Below are positions 15,596 through 24,849 of a stretch of DNA of 64,000 nucleotides, piece by piece (position 1 is the first letter of the stretch; every line of letters begins with the position of its first letter). The stretch lies in contig JAWXAQ010000008.1 of the NCBI GenBank assembly GCA_034439575.1, positions 128,001 to 192,000 on the forward strand. The letters run 5' to 3'. The DNA comes from Leptospira sp. Lineage in GTDB: Bacteria > Spirochaetota > Leptospiria > Leptospirales > Leptospiraceae. Position numbers and translations under genes: made by a program. The notes beneath the pieces were generated by a model. The model did not search any database, was not told the DNA's origin, and saw only the letters and a list, made by a program, of their open reading frames with translations.

Positions 15596-17041
15596 ATGCC
15601 TTCCATTCAAAAAATCTTAATTGCTAATCGTGGAGAAATTGCAGTGCGCGTGATACGCACGGCAAAACGATTAGGTATCAAAACCGTTGCTGTATATTCT
15701 GAGGCTGATAAAGATAGTTTATATGTTAAACTTGCCGATGAAGCCATGTTTATCGGTCCTCCTGAACCTAAACTATCTTATCTCAATCAAGATACACTAT
15801 TGCAAGTTATACTGGAAACTGGTGCTGATGCCGTTCATCCTGGTTATGGTTTTCTTTCCGAAAATGCTGAGTTTGCGGAAAAATTATTAGCAAGAGGGAT
15901 TAAATTTCTTGGACCAAAGCCAGAATCGATCCGAGCTATGGGTGATAAAATCGGTTCACGTTTGTTAGTTGCTAAGTTCAATGTACCGATTGTTCCTGGA
16001 TATGAGGGTGAAGATCAATCCATAGAAAGATTCAAAAAAGAAGCTGAAAAAATCGGTTTTCCCATCATGGCAAAGGCGAGTGCAGGTGGTGGCGGGAAAG
16101 GAATGCGACGCGTCGAATCTATGGATGAGCTAGAAGCGAACATTTTGTCCGCAAAACGGGAGGCTCTTTCTTCTTTTGGTGATGATAGAATTCTTTTAGA
16201 AAAATACATTACAAATCCTAGGCATGTGGAGTTTCAGATATTTGGCGATAATCATGGCAATGTCATTCATATACATGAAAGGGATTGTTCCTTACAAAGA
16301 CGTCACCAAAAAGTTGTAGAAGAAAGTCCCGCACCCAACTTCCCGCCTGAACTCAAAAAACAAATGGCGGCTGCCGCAGTCCAAGCTGCCAAGTCTGTTT
16401 CCTACGAAGGTGCTGGTACCGTAGAATTTATATTAGGTGAATCTGGTGAGTTTTATTTTTTAGAGATGAACACGCGTTTGCAGGTAGAACATCCAGTCAC
16501 AGAGATGACGACAGGACTCGACCTGGTTGAGTTACAAATCCGCATTGCCGAAGGAGCTAAACTTCCAGAAACACCCATCCAAAAAGGACATGCCATAGAA
16601 GTGCGAGTGTATGCAGAAGATCCGACAAATCAGTTTTTACCTTCGATCGGAAAGATCCATGCTCTTTTTTTCCCTGAAGGGGAAGGCGTTCGCATAGATT
16701 CGGGCGTGGTTTCTGGATCTGAGATTTCCATTTATTATGATCCTATGATTGCAAAGATGATCGTTTGGTCAGAAACCAGAGAGTCTGCCATAAATAAAAT
16801 GATAGAGGTGTTAGACGAAACTATCGTTTTTGGTCCTATAACGAATATTAGTTTTTTAAAATCTCTAATCAATATGCAAGGATTTCGCCAAGGAAAGGTT
16901 TCCACTCATTTCATTGCTAACAATGAAAAAGAGCTAAATCTAAAACAGACAAGCGTGCAAAACCGATTGGGCCTTGCGGGAATTGCCAGTTCCGTAATGA
17001 GCGAAACAGATCCTTGGGTCAAAGAAAGGGAAAGAATATGA
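15596..17041 (+). CDS. Biotin carboxylase subunit of an acyl-CoA carboxylase
   Basis: ILIANRGEIA, HPGYGFLSEN, GGGGKGMR, ERDCSLQRRHQK, EMNTRLQVEHPVTE, YYDPMIAK. ATG at 15596. Confidence 0.92.
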   Translation: MPSIQKILIANRGEIAVRVIRTAKRLGIKTVAVYSEADKDSLYVKLADEAMFIGPPEPKLSYLNQDTLLQVILETGADAVHPGYGFLSENAEFAEKLLARGIKFLGPKPESIRAMGDKIGSRLLVAKFNVPIVPGYEGEDQSIERFKKEAEKIGFPIMAKASAGGGGKGMRRVESMDELEANILSAKREALSSFGDDRILLEKYITNPRHVEFQIFGDNHGNVIHIHERDCSLQRRHQKVVEESPAPNFPPELKKQMAAAAVQAAKSVSYEGAGTVEFILGESGEFYFLEMNTRLQVEHPVTEMTTGLDLVELQIRIAEGAKLPETPIQKGHAIEVRVYAEDPTNQFLPSIGKIHALFFPEGEGVRIDSGVVSGSEISIYYDPMIAKMIVWSETRESAINKMIEVLDETIVFGPITNISFLKSLINMQGFRQGKVSTHFIANNEKELNLKQTSVQNRLGLAGIASSVMSETDPWVKERERI

Positions 17042-17544
17042 ACCATAGATTTGAAACCCCTGAGGGGGATTTTTCTGTCCAAATTTCTGAAAACCATATC
17101 AAACTCAATGATGGTAAAAAAGTTCACAGAGTCACATTGCCACCTGTAGAAGAAGTCACAAATTTTCCCCCCTTTACGGGCAGGATTTATTTCGAGGATG
17201 CATCCGTCTTGACCTACCTTTTGGAAAGATCTGAAATCTATTTGCACTATTTCGGCGAAACATGGTCGTTCAAACGAAAAGAGCGGGAAGTTTCGTTGGC
17301 AAATTCCTCTTCGCCTGAAATCAAAAGCCCTATGCCTGGCAAAATCATACAGATGTTTGCTGAATTAGGAAAATCTTTCCAAGCAGGGGAAACCATTTTG
17401 ATTCTAGAAGCGATGAAGATGGAGAACGCGATCAAGGCGCCTTTTGCCTGCATTGTGAAGGAAATCCTTCATAAAGTGGGAAATATTGTGCAACAAGATG
17501 ATCCGATTGTCATACTAGACAAAATTGCTCCAGAAAAAACATAA
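17038..17544 (+). CDS. Biotin carboxyl carrier protein
   Basis: SPMPG and EAMKMEN biotinylation motif; ATGA overlap with the preceding stop. Confidence 0.9.
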   Translation: MNHRFETPEGDFSVQISENHIKLNDGKKVHRVTLPPVEEVTNFPPFTGRIYFEDASVLTYLLERSEIYLHYFGETWSFKRKEREVSLANSSSPEIKSPMPGKIIQMFAELGKSFQAGETILILEAMKMENAIKAPFACIVKEILHKVGNIVQQDDPIVILDKIAPEKT

Positions 17545-17614
17545 TATCTCTAATTTATTTGACAATTCTTAGGAAAATGGGAACCATATCCCAGCTTGAT
17601 TTAGCAATAGGTGG

Positions 17615-19117
17615 ATGATGTATTTAAATCTTCTCAGAAGTACTGTGTTATTTCTGCTTTTTTCAAACCTAGCCCTCTTAGCGCAAGCCCAGAGAGCTCC
17701 TCGTACAGACTTACCCTTCGAAATTGATGAAAAAAAACGTATGTCTGAAAAAGACGTCGAAAAGAAAAAGGAAGGCGGTTATTTCACTGGTCTCCCTCTG
17801 ATCAATTCCGATCCGAACGTAGGAATAGGCTATGGTGCCAGGGTAATTTATCTTTATAACGGGGATCGTAAAAACCCTTTATTTGAATACACTCCCTATC
17901 GTTTCCGAGTCTTCGCTCAATACTTTAATACGACAAAAAATGCTCCCTACCATTGGGCAAGTATTGATGCTCCTTATGTATTTGATACAAAGTGGAGACT
18001 TCGAGGGGACTTGATTTATTCGAGAAACCCGAACACTTTGTACTTTGGCGTTGGGGAAAATACCATGAAACCTCTTTCCTATTTGGAAAGAAATGACCCA
18101 GCTGGCCAACAAGTGCGAAATGCACGGTTTGCGGATTATGAAGAGAACCTCGCCTATCGTAGACCTGGTGATGCTGGGGTAGGTGAAGCACCTTCTGTTA
18201 CCAATTCACGCTACAATCGTTACGATATTGAAAGTCCTGAATTCAGTGCATCTGGAGAGTATTCATTCTTAGGTGGAACTATTAGAACCGTGACGGGCGT
18301 TAGATTATCTAAGCAAGTGATTCGAACATTTGATGGTAAGGCTTACGATTCAAAAATTGGTGCTTATGACCAAATCGCAGGTTTTCCACTTGGGTTATTT
18401 GACACGGATCGCACGATTACAACACCTCAAGGTGAGACAAGGCTAACTCGCGATAACAAAGATGGCAAGATATTAGGCTTTAACGGCGGTTATACAAATA
18501 ACGTACGAGCGGGTATCGTTTATGATACAAGAGACTTTGAACCAGATCCAAATCGTGGACTTTTCTTGGAATACACTCATGAAAGATCAACGAAGGCGAT
18601 TGGTTCAAATTATGAGTTCAATAAGAACTTAGTTTCAGGTCGTATCTTCATTAGCCCTGTTGAATATTTCACTAGAAAACCACCAGAATTATTAGAAAAA
18701 TTTGTATTAGCAGCTCGTGGCGCTATGGTTCAAACCAATGGTGATGCACCATTTTATGAATATAGAAACATGTGGGGAACGGAAACCAACCAATCCGGTT
18801 TAGGTGGAAGAACTACAATGCGCGGTTACAAACAAGACAGATTTGTGGGTCAAACTATGGCCTATGCCAATTTTGAAATCAGATGGAAATTTGCTTCGGC
18901 AGATGTCTGGGGCCAGCACTTTGATTTCCAATTAGTTCCGTTCTATGATGTGGGACGTGTTTGGGACAGAACTTCAGATGCCAATTTGAAAGGTTACAAA
19001 CACTCACGTGGTATCGGTCTTCGTATCCCTTGGAACCAAGCAACTGTTATCTATTTTGACTATGCTCGGTCATCGGAAGACTCACAGTTATTTGTGAACT
19101 TTAACCATATATTTTAG
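17615..19117 (+). CDS. omp85: Omp85/BamA-TamA family outer membrane beta-barrel (no POTRA domains)
   Basis: Signal peptide; YDTRD, LGGRTTMRGY (VRGF-like loop 6), NFEIRW, FYDVGRVW, GIGLR; C-terminal F. Confidence 0.8.
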   Translation: MMYLNLLRSTVLFLLFSNLALLAQAQRAPRTDLPFEIDEKKRMSEKDVEKKKEGGYFTGLPLINSDPNVGIGYGARVIYLYNGDRKNPLFEYTPYRFRVFAQYFNTTKNAPYHWASIDAPYVFDTKWRLRGDLIYSRNPNTLYFGVGENTMKPLSYLERNDPAGQQVRNARFADYEENLAYRRPGDAGVGEAPSVTNSRYNRYDIESPEFSASGEYSFLGGTIRTVTGVRLSKQVIRTFDGKAYDSKIGAYDQIAGFPLGLFDTDRTITTPQGETRLTRDNKDGKILGFNGGYTNNVRAGIVYDTRDFEPDPNRGLFLEYTHERSTKAIGSNYEFNKNLVSGRIFISPVEYFTRKPPELLEKFVLAARGAMVQTNGDAPFYEYRNMWGTETNQSGLGGRTTMRGYKQDRFVGQTMAYANFEIRWKFASADVWGQHFDFQLVPFYDVGRVWDRTSDANLKGYKHSRGIGLRIPWNQATVIYFDYARSSEDSQLFVNFNHIF

Positions 19118-19129
19118 GTATCAAAAAGT

Positions 19130-19810
19130 ATGAAAATGAATAGATATAATATACTCCTAATATTGTTCACAGCGGCTTTGTTTCTGAATTGTGAAGCCAA
19201 GCCCGTGGAAGAAAAATTTGGACTTACAGCTGACGAATTTGACATAGCTCTTCTTGGTATTGTTTCCAATACGGGAATGGTTGATACTGGCTTTGGAACC
19301 ATCATTGACAACGGCGCAAAGCTCGAATGGCAAAAATGTTCCTATGGCCAAGTGTACCGAGGCTCAACTAACGATTGCCAAGGTGCCCTCGGAGGTTCCG
19401 TGTTAAATCCTTTGGATCCGTATAAATATGGCGCCAAACAAGTGGCATATTGTGATTCACGCACACACGCTTGCAATAAAGTTGCACCACCTCAGACCTT
19501 GGTTTCTATCTCAGAAATCGCGATCGTTGGTTCGAGTGAACTTTTTGCGGCATGTGCGAGTTATGGTTCAGGTTACCGGGTTCCAAATCCGTATGAACTG
19601 CAACGTTTAACTGTAGGCGGAAGAAATGCTCTGCTTGCACGTTTTCCGCATACTGTGGAAGCCGATTACTGGTCTAGTTGGTCAGAATTGACTGATTATG
19701 AAGGCACAACGGCGATTTCTATCTCCTTTGACAGAGAGTCTTTTGGCGAAGAAAGAAAAGGAATCAAAACGGATCGAAATTATGTCCGTTGTGTAAAAAA
19801 CTACCCTTAA
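19130..19810 (+). CDS. DUF1566 (Lcl C-terminal) domain lipoprotein
   Basis: Lipobox LFLN-C; D..KLEWQKC, YRVPN..EL, YWSS, YVRCV motifs. Confidence 0.8.
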   Translation: MKMNRYNILLILFTAALFLNCEAKPVEEKFGLTADEFDIALLGIVSNTGMVDTGFGTIIDNGAKLEWQKCSYGQVYRGSTNDCQGALGGSVLNPLDPYKYGAKQVAYCDSRTHACNKVAPPQTLVSISEIAIVGSSELFAACASYGSGYRVPNPYELQRLTVGGRNALLARFPHTVEADYWSSWSELTDYEGTTAISISFDRESFGEERKGIKTDRNYVRCVKNYP

Positions 19811-19880
19811 TCCCCTCACATTTCCTAATCTTGTTTTTTGGCAAGGTTAGGAAAATCCTTTTTATTTTTCACTTTTTTGA

Positions 19881-19907
19881 TAATCTAATCTATAGATACG
19901 CCGAAGT
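19881..19907 (+). promoter_or_regulatory. Candidate sigma-28 promoter
   Basis: TAAT-N15-GCCGAAGT, 26 nt before the ATG at 19934. Confidence 0.4.
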
Positions 19908-19933
19908 ACCGAGTAGGAATTCGGAAAAAGATT

Positions 19934-20659
19934 ATGGATATTCAAACATTCAATCAATCTATGCGACCCAATCCTTACGCGGACAAACGTGTAAGTTATG
20001 TGGGACATGGTAGATTAGAAAGTGCGCCAGAAACTTTATCACCATTACACGTAATCGCTCATGAATTGGGCCATGTGCAAGAATTTAAGGGAGATGCCTT
20101 TCGTAATGGCAGTGAAATTAGAGACGTTCGTGTTAAGATCAATTATGAGCTGAGAGATGGGCGTTTAATCGCAGTTAGTGGCGAGACATCAGCAACGACT
20201 CAAAAAAGAACCGACGTTAAACCAAAAGATCCAAGCCTCGAACCATACTCCGATGGCAAGTCCTTTAAAGATATTTATACCAATTCCAAAGATGATGAGA
20301 AAAAAGCTGGTAAACCTGAAAAACCAAATCAAATTGAAATCATCGAGCGTGATAAAAAGGAAGAATTAGAAAATAAAATCAAAGATCTTGAAGTGAGATT
20401 AGGTTCAGAAAAAACGAAGGAAACTGCCGAAGGAAAAGATCCCAAGGAACTAACGGGAAAAAATGAACGCGCCCGTGAAATCGCATCGGAGAAAAGAAGA
20501 TTGGAAGAAGAGGTAAGACTTCTGAAGATGAAAGAAGCACTCAAAGATTCGTTTGATATGCTCACTGACATTCGTAAGGTGATGATTTCAAATATTTTTG
20601 GAATGATGCAAGTGGGAAATGAATCCAAACCTGGCCAATTGGTAAATACCTTAATCTAA
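19934..20659 (+). CDS. HExxH-containing SprA-related/CJM1_0395-like protein with coiled-coil C-terminus
   Basis: AHELGHV, Y..RDGRLIAVSGE, charged coiled coil, terminal GQLVNTLI. Confidence 0.6.
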   Translation: MDIQTFNQSMRPNPYADKRVSYVGHGRLESAPETLSPLHVIAHELGHVQEFKGDAFRNGSEIRDVRVKINYELRDGRLIAVSGETSATTQKRTDVKPKDPSLEPYSDGKSFKDIYTNSKDDEKKAGKPEKPNQIEIIERDKKEELENKIKDLEVRLGSEKTKETAEGKDPKELTGKNERAREIASEKRRLEEEVRLLKMKEALKDSFDMLTDIRKVMISNIFGMMQVGNESKPGQLVNTLI

Positions 20660-20698
20660 ATTTATTAAGCATCTTAAATTTGTGCCATCAAACACTGG

Positions 20699-21328
20699 TT
20701 AAACTTTCACTTTCTCTAAAATAAACTTTCGAATTTCATTGATTCCCTTCCCAGAATTTGTAGAGGTAAAAAACAAGGGAAAGGGAAATCCTAATTCATT
20801 CATTACACTTTCCATATCTTTTTGGATGATATTTCTTTCTTTTTGATTTAGTTTATCTACTTTTGTACGAATCACAACAGGTGTAATTTTTTTTTGTAAA
20901 CAAGTTTCAATCATTTGCATTTCCTCTTCTGGAAAAGGACGTTGCGCATCACATAGAATAAATAGATATTTTAATCTGGAAGCTTTGTTTAGAAATTGAT
21001 CAAGTAAACTCATCATTTCTTTGTGTTCTTTATATGAAGCCTTAGAATAACCAAATCCTGGTAAGTCGATAAGACTAAATCCAGCTTTAGTGCCAAAAAT
21101 ATTGATCAATTTTGTTTTACCCGGAGTTTTAGAAACTTTTGCTAATCCTCTTTGATTTGTAATAGAGTTTAGCAAGGATGATTTTCCAGAATTGGAGCGA
21201 CCTACAAATCCAATTAACAATTCATCCGGTAATTTATCTTCTTCCAATTCGTCTGCAATGGATGTTAGAAAGTAGGTATTTGGGAAATGGATTTCCTCGT
21301 GATATGGATTGCCTTTTGATTGATTCAT
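20699..21328 (-). CDS. yihA: Ribosome biogenesis GTPase YihA/YsxC (EngB)
   Basis: GRSNSGKSSLLN, SKTPGKT, DLPGFGY, TKVDK. Confidence 0.93.
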   Translation of the reverse strand: MNQSKGNPYHEEIHFPNTYFLTSIADELEEDKLPDELLIGFVGRSNSGKSSLLNSITNQRGLAKVSKTPGKTKLINIFGTKAGFSLIDLPGFGYSKASYKEHKEMMSLLDQFLNKASRLKYLFILCDAQRPFPEEEMQMIETCLQKKITPVVIRTKVDKLNQKERNIIQKDMESVMNELGFPFPLFFTSTNSGKGINEIRKFILEKVKV

Positions 21329-21331
21329 TTT

Positions 21332-22680
21332 TTATCTTTTCGGATAATTTGGGAGAGATGGATCAAACATAGAAAATAGGATTTGAATTGGTAGGTTTTT
21401 TTCATATACAACGGGAATATACCTCCTAAAAATTTCTGGGATCTGTTTTTCTCGGTAAATTTCCGAAATTTCTTTTTTGCCGTAAGGGAAATTTATCTTT
21501 TCACCCGGTTTCGCTGGCCTTATTTCCCATTCGTTATTTATGTTTTCAATTTCAATATGATTTTCATTCCAATTAACGGAGATTTTGTGGTCAATTTTAT
21601 TGATAATGGGTGCTAAAAGTAATTTTGATTCTTTGGAAAGGAGATGGATATCTCCTTCAAGAATTTTTAAAATTATAACTGATTTTGTTTCTACATTTGC
21701 TTTGGATGAAGACTGGCGTAAAAATTCTAAAAATTGTGAACGATACAAAGGGGGATGTCCAAGTAAGGATAGATAAAAATCTAACAATTGTTTTTGACTC
21801 GAAGGATCTAAAGAATCCCAAGTTTGATTCGGAATGCGAAAATAATATGGAGATTTGGTTTTTGGAATCTGAGTTTCAAAAGGATTCATAAACTCACTTA
21901 CATTTTGGTTTTCTACAGATATAACATTCGTTTGAATCTCAAATCTTTGATCAAATTTAGCTTCTAAATTTTCTGATTCCCAATGATGAAAATTCCAATA
22001 GAATCTATAAAAGTTCATCTTTTCCTTCTTGAGAATTGGTGTGATTTGTTTTCGGATTCGATTTCTTTTGAATGTTATATCATCATTCGATTCATCTTCG
22101 AAGATGGGAAAAAAATCAGAAATCTTTTCATATAACAAATTTAATTCTGGATCCGGAAGAAATACCAGAGGCAAAAAACGATCCTTTGTTAAAGGAGGTA
22201 AGGTGTTAAATGCTCCTTTCCCTGCACCTCTTGTTATGTGAAGTAATACAGATTCACAATAGTCTTGCGTATGATGTCCTGTAAAATAAAATCCATTTTT
22301 TTGACGGATGATTTTATTTAATTCGTGGTAACGAAACAATCGTCCCGTTTCTTCTAGCCCTCTGCCTATTTTTTTTGCGAGACTCGGAATCGTTTTTTTT
22401 TTATCAATGAATTGGGGAAAAATTTCCTTAAGAAAGAATCAATCTCAAATTCCTGTTTGGCGTTGTCTCGAATCGAGTGGTTGAGATGGAAAATTTTAGG
22501 AAGTGGGATAGAATAAGTTTGAAACAAGTATTGAAAAAAAAGTAAACAAATGTTTGAATCTTTTCCCCCTGAATAAGATAATACAGAGTTTTGTGTAAAC
22601 GATTGCGATAAAACAGACTCTCGTCCTATGCGATTGATCCAATTTTCAAGTGTGGTTTTTAAGTCTTCTGAAAGATTCAA
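21332..22680 (-). CDS. tilS: tRNA(Ile)-lysidine synthetase TilS, split by a -1 frameshift (ORFs 22366-22680 and 21332-22339)
   Basis: PP-loop SYSGGKDS and HLNHSIR in the first ORF; GHHTQD..E..L..RG and DESN...RNRIR in the second. Adding one A in the tract at 22393-22402 gives IKKKTIPSLAKKIGRGLEETGRLFRY and a continuous ~449-aa protein. Confidence 0.85.
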
Positions 22681-24602
22681 AGTTTTCTAACGGCTACCAT
22701 TGTAATGTCATCATGCTGTTCTTTACTTTTCATAAAAGTTTTTATTTCAGCATATATATTTTCCAAAAGGAACTTGGGCTCCCTAGAAATAGAGGATATA
22801 AATTTTTCTTTTAGCGCAATGTCGCCAAACTGCTCTTCTTTTTCATTATAGGCTTCCGTCACACCATCGGTAAACATAAGGATTGTATCGTTTTTGTTTA
22901 AAGTTACATTTTCTTCGTTTTTATAGGGAGAAATATCAGCTGTGATTCCGAGTATCACTCCACCAGTTTCAATTTCTTCTAGAATGTTTTGTTTGGCTCG
23001 GTAAATATAAAAATTTCCGTGACCAGCACCTGAAACTATGATTTGATTTGTATCTAAACTCCACCTAAGTAGAATTAGACTCATAAATCGTGGTGTCAAA
23101 GCATCTTTATAACTTGTATGCAAATAACTATTAATATCATTGATAATTTCCCAAGGAGAATCTTTAACTCGCACTAATGAATGTAATATGGTTCGCACTG
23201 TCGCCATGACAAGTCCAGCCGCAACTCCTTTACCACTCACATCCCCAATGCATAAAAAAAGTTCCTTATTATTAGGTGACAAAATATAATCATAATAATC
23301 ACCCCCGATCCCACGAGCAGGCATCATAAACCCACCAAACATTAGATATCTAGTTTCAGGAATTTTTCTAGGGAGAAGGGTAGATTGGATTTCTTTCGCA
23401 ATTTCGATTTCTTTTTCCAACCTTTCCTTTTTAGAGAGATTTTCATAAAGAGTGGCATTTTCCATAGTGATCTGAGCAAGAGAAACAAATGCATTGAGTG
23501 CTTCGATTTCATCTTGCGGAAATCTTGAATCAGGCTTCGCAAGTACAAAAATAAAATCTGCATTATTTTCTAAACTTACAGGTAATATAACAATTTCTTT
23601 TCCAATCACGCCCAATGTTTCAAATATTGGATACTCTTTAGGATCAATGGTGAACGACTCTTTGGCATTTAACAAATGAAAGAGGGTCGCAACATTTACC
23701 ATGCTCGTTTCTGTTGAGATTTGAAAATTATCTAAATCACGAAGTAGTTTGAAGACTTTGACTGTCATTACAGTTTTTGGTTTTTCGATAAGACAGGCTA
23801 CATTTGATTCTACAATTCCGGATAAAGTAAGCAAAATCATACGTATCATTTCATCATGATTATCAAGGTATAATTTGCTGAGAGTCAGAGCGGCTGTATG
23901 TAAACTTTGAAAGTTTTTTGATTGGTTTTGAGATCTAGAATATAATAACGAATTTCGTAAAGATACGGCAAATTGGCCGACGACTAATTGCAATATTTCT
24001 TGATCTTCAATATAATCAGAATAATCTTCGTCATCATAATCAACAGTTAACATACCTACTGCGGTATTTGCATACAAAATCGGAATGATGAGTTGTGATT
24101 TTGTGCCAGTGAGGTCTGAGTAAAATTTATAAAATGGATGTGACTGTTCTGATAAACAATAAAACTTTGATTCGCGTTTAGCCATACTTTCGACTAAGAC
24201 ACCGAAACTAAGATCGTAATCAATATGGATTCTTTTGATAGCTCTCTGTAAACTTTTTTGACGAGCGGAATAATATGCGAGGCGAATATCACCTAATTCT
24301 AAATTGGCGATAAAGATCGCGATTTTTTCTCTTTTTAATCTGTCTTGAATTAATTCTGTGAATCGAAAAAGTAAATCTTCGAGCCCCATTGATGAATTGA
24401 ATAAGGACAAACAATCCAATAAAAATTCGGTTTTCTCTTCCGAACTCAAAACAGTTTTGCCCATACGGGGAATTTTACGTTTTTCTAATATCCATTCTTT
24501 ATCACAGGTTTTGCAATAGAAACGCCCTTGCCTGGTAATTCCGTCGGGCATTTGCGGTTCCTGGCATAACAAACAAAGAGTTTCTTCTATTGGGTTAATC
24601 AT
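22677..24602 (-). CDS. Zn-ribbon + two GAF(-like) domains + SpoIIE/PP2C phosphatase
   Basis: CLLC...CKTC, GAF segments, AKEIQSTLLP, GGDYYD, GDVSGKG, FTDGVTEA, HDDITMV. ATG at 24602 preferred. Confidence 0.88.
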   Translation of the reverse strand: MINPIEETLCLLCQEPQMPDGITRQGRFYCKTCDKEWILEKRKIPRMGKTVLSSEEKTEFLLDCLSLFNSSMGLEDLLFRFTELIQDRLKREKIAIFIANLELGDIRLAYYSARQKSLQRAIKRIHIDYDLSFGVLVESMAKRESKFYCLSEQSHPFYKFYSDLTGTKSQLIIPILYANTAVGMLTVDYDDEDYSDYIEDQEILQLVVGQFAVSLRNSLLYSRSQNQSKNFQSLHTAALTLSKLYLDNHDEMIRMILLTLSGIVESNVACLIEKPKTVMTVKVFKLLRDLDNFQISTETSMVNVATLFHLLNAKESFTIDPKEYPIFETLGVIGKEIVILPVSLENNADFIFVLAKPDSRFPQDEIEALNAFVSLAQITMENATLYENLSKKERLEKEIEIAKEIQSTLLPRKIPETRYLMFGGFMMPARGIGGDYYDYILSPNNKELFLCIGDVSGKGVAAGLVMATVRTILHSLVRVKDSPWEIINDINSYLHTSYKDALTPRFMSLILLRWSLDTNQIIVSGAGHGNFYIYRAKQNILEEIETGGVILGITADISPYKNEENVTLNKNDTILMFTDGVTEAYNEKEEQFGDIALKEKFISSISREPKFLLENIYAEIKTFMKSKEQHDDITMVAVRKL

Positions 24603-24668
24603 GGAACCTATGCAAATTAGGTCGGAAATTTTCAAATCTACAAGTATTTTACTAAACCCAAAGAAAAC

Positions 24669-24684
24669 TGGCACATTTCATGCT
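24669..24684 (+). promoter_or_regulatory. Candidate sigma-54 (-24/-12) promoter
   Basis: TGGCAC-ATTTC-ATGCT with exact GG-N10-GC spacing, oriented toward the enhancer-binding-protein gene. Confidence 0.55.
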
Positions 24685-24849
24685 TAAAGTATAGGCATAA
24701 ATCAGATATTGTCTAATTTAAGGAGACTTTTACGTCTAAATGATTAAATTTTAGATGCTTTGTTTAGATATGAGGCATATAATTTAATTACAGGGCATGG
24801 TTTTCTTGCCATTATTTTATACAAGGCGTAGATTTTAAGAGCAATTGAT

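Noticed and set aside
15503-15596. Apparent head-to-head overlap of the LtaS-like and carboxylase ORFs (15557-15575)
   Set aside because: Artefact of longest-ORF starts; ATGs at 15503 and 15596 leave a normal divergent gap.
17014-17060. Biotin carboxylase and BCCP as a frameshifted single MCC/PCC alpha subunit
   Set aside because: A clean ATGA overlap with a purine-rich SD and no slippery tract indicates two coupled genes.
24792-24812. Second GGCA...TTGC element as a sigma-54 promoter
   Set aside because: GG-GC spacing is 12 nt rather than the required 10 on both strands.
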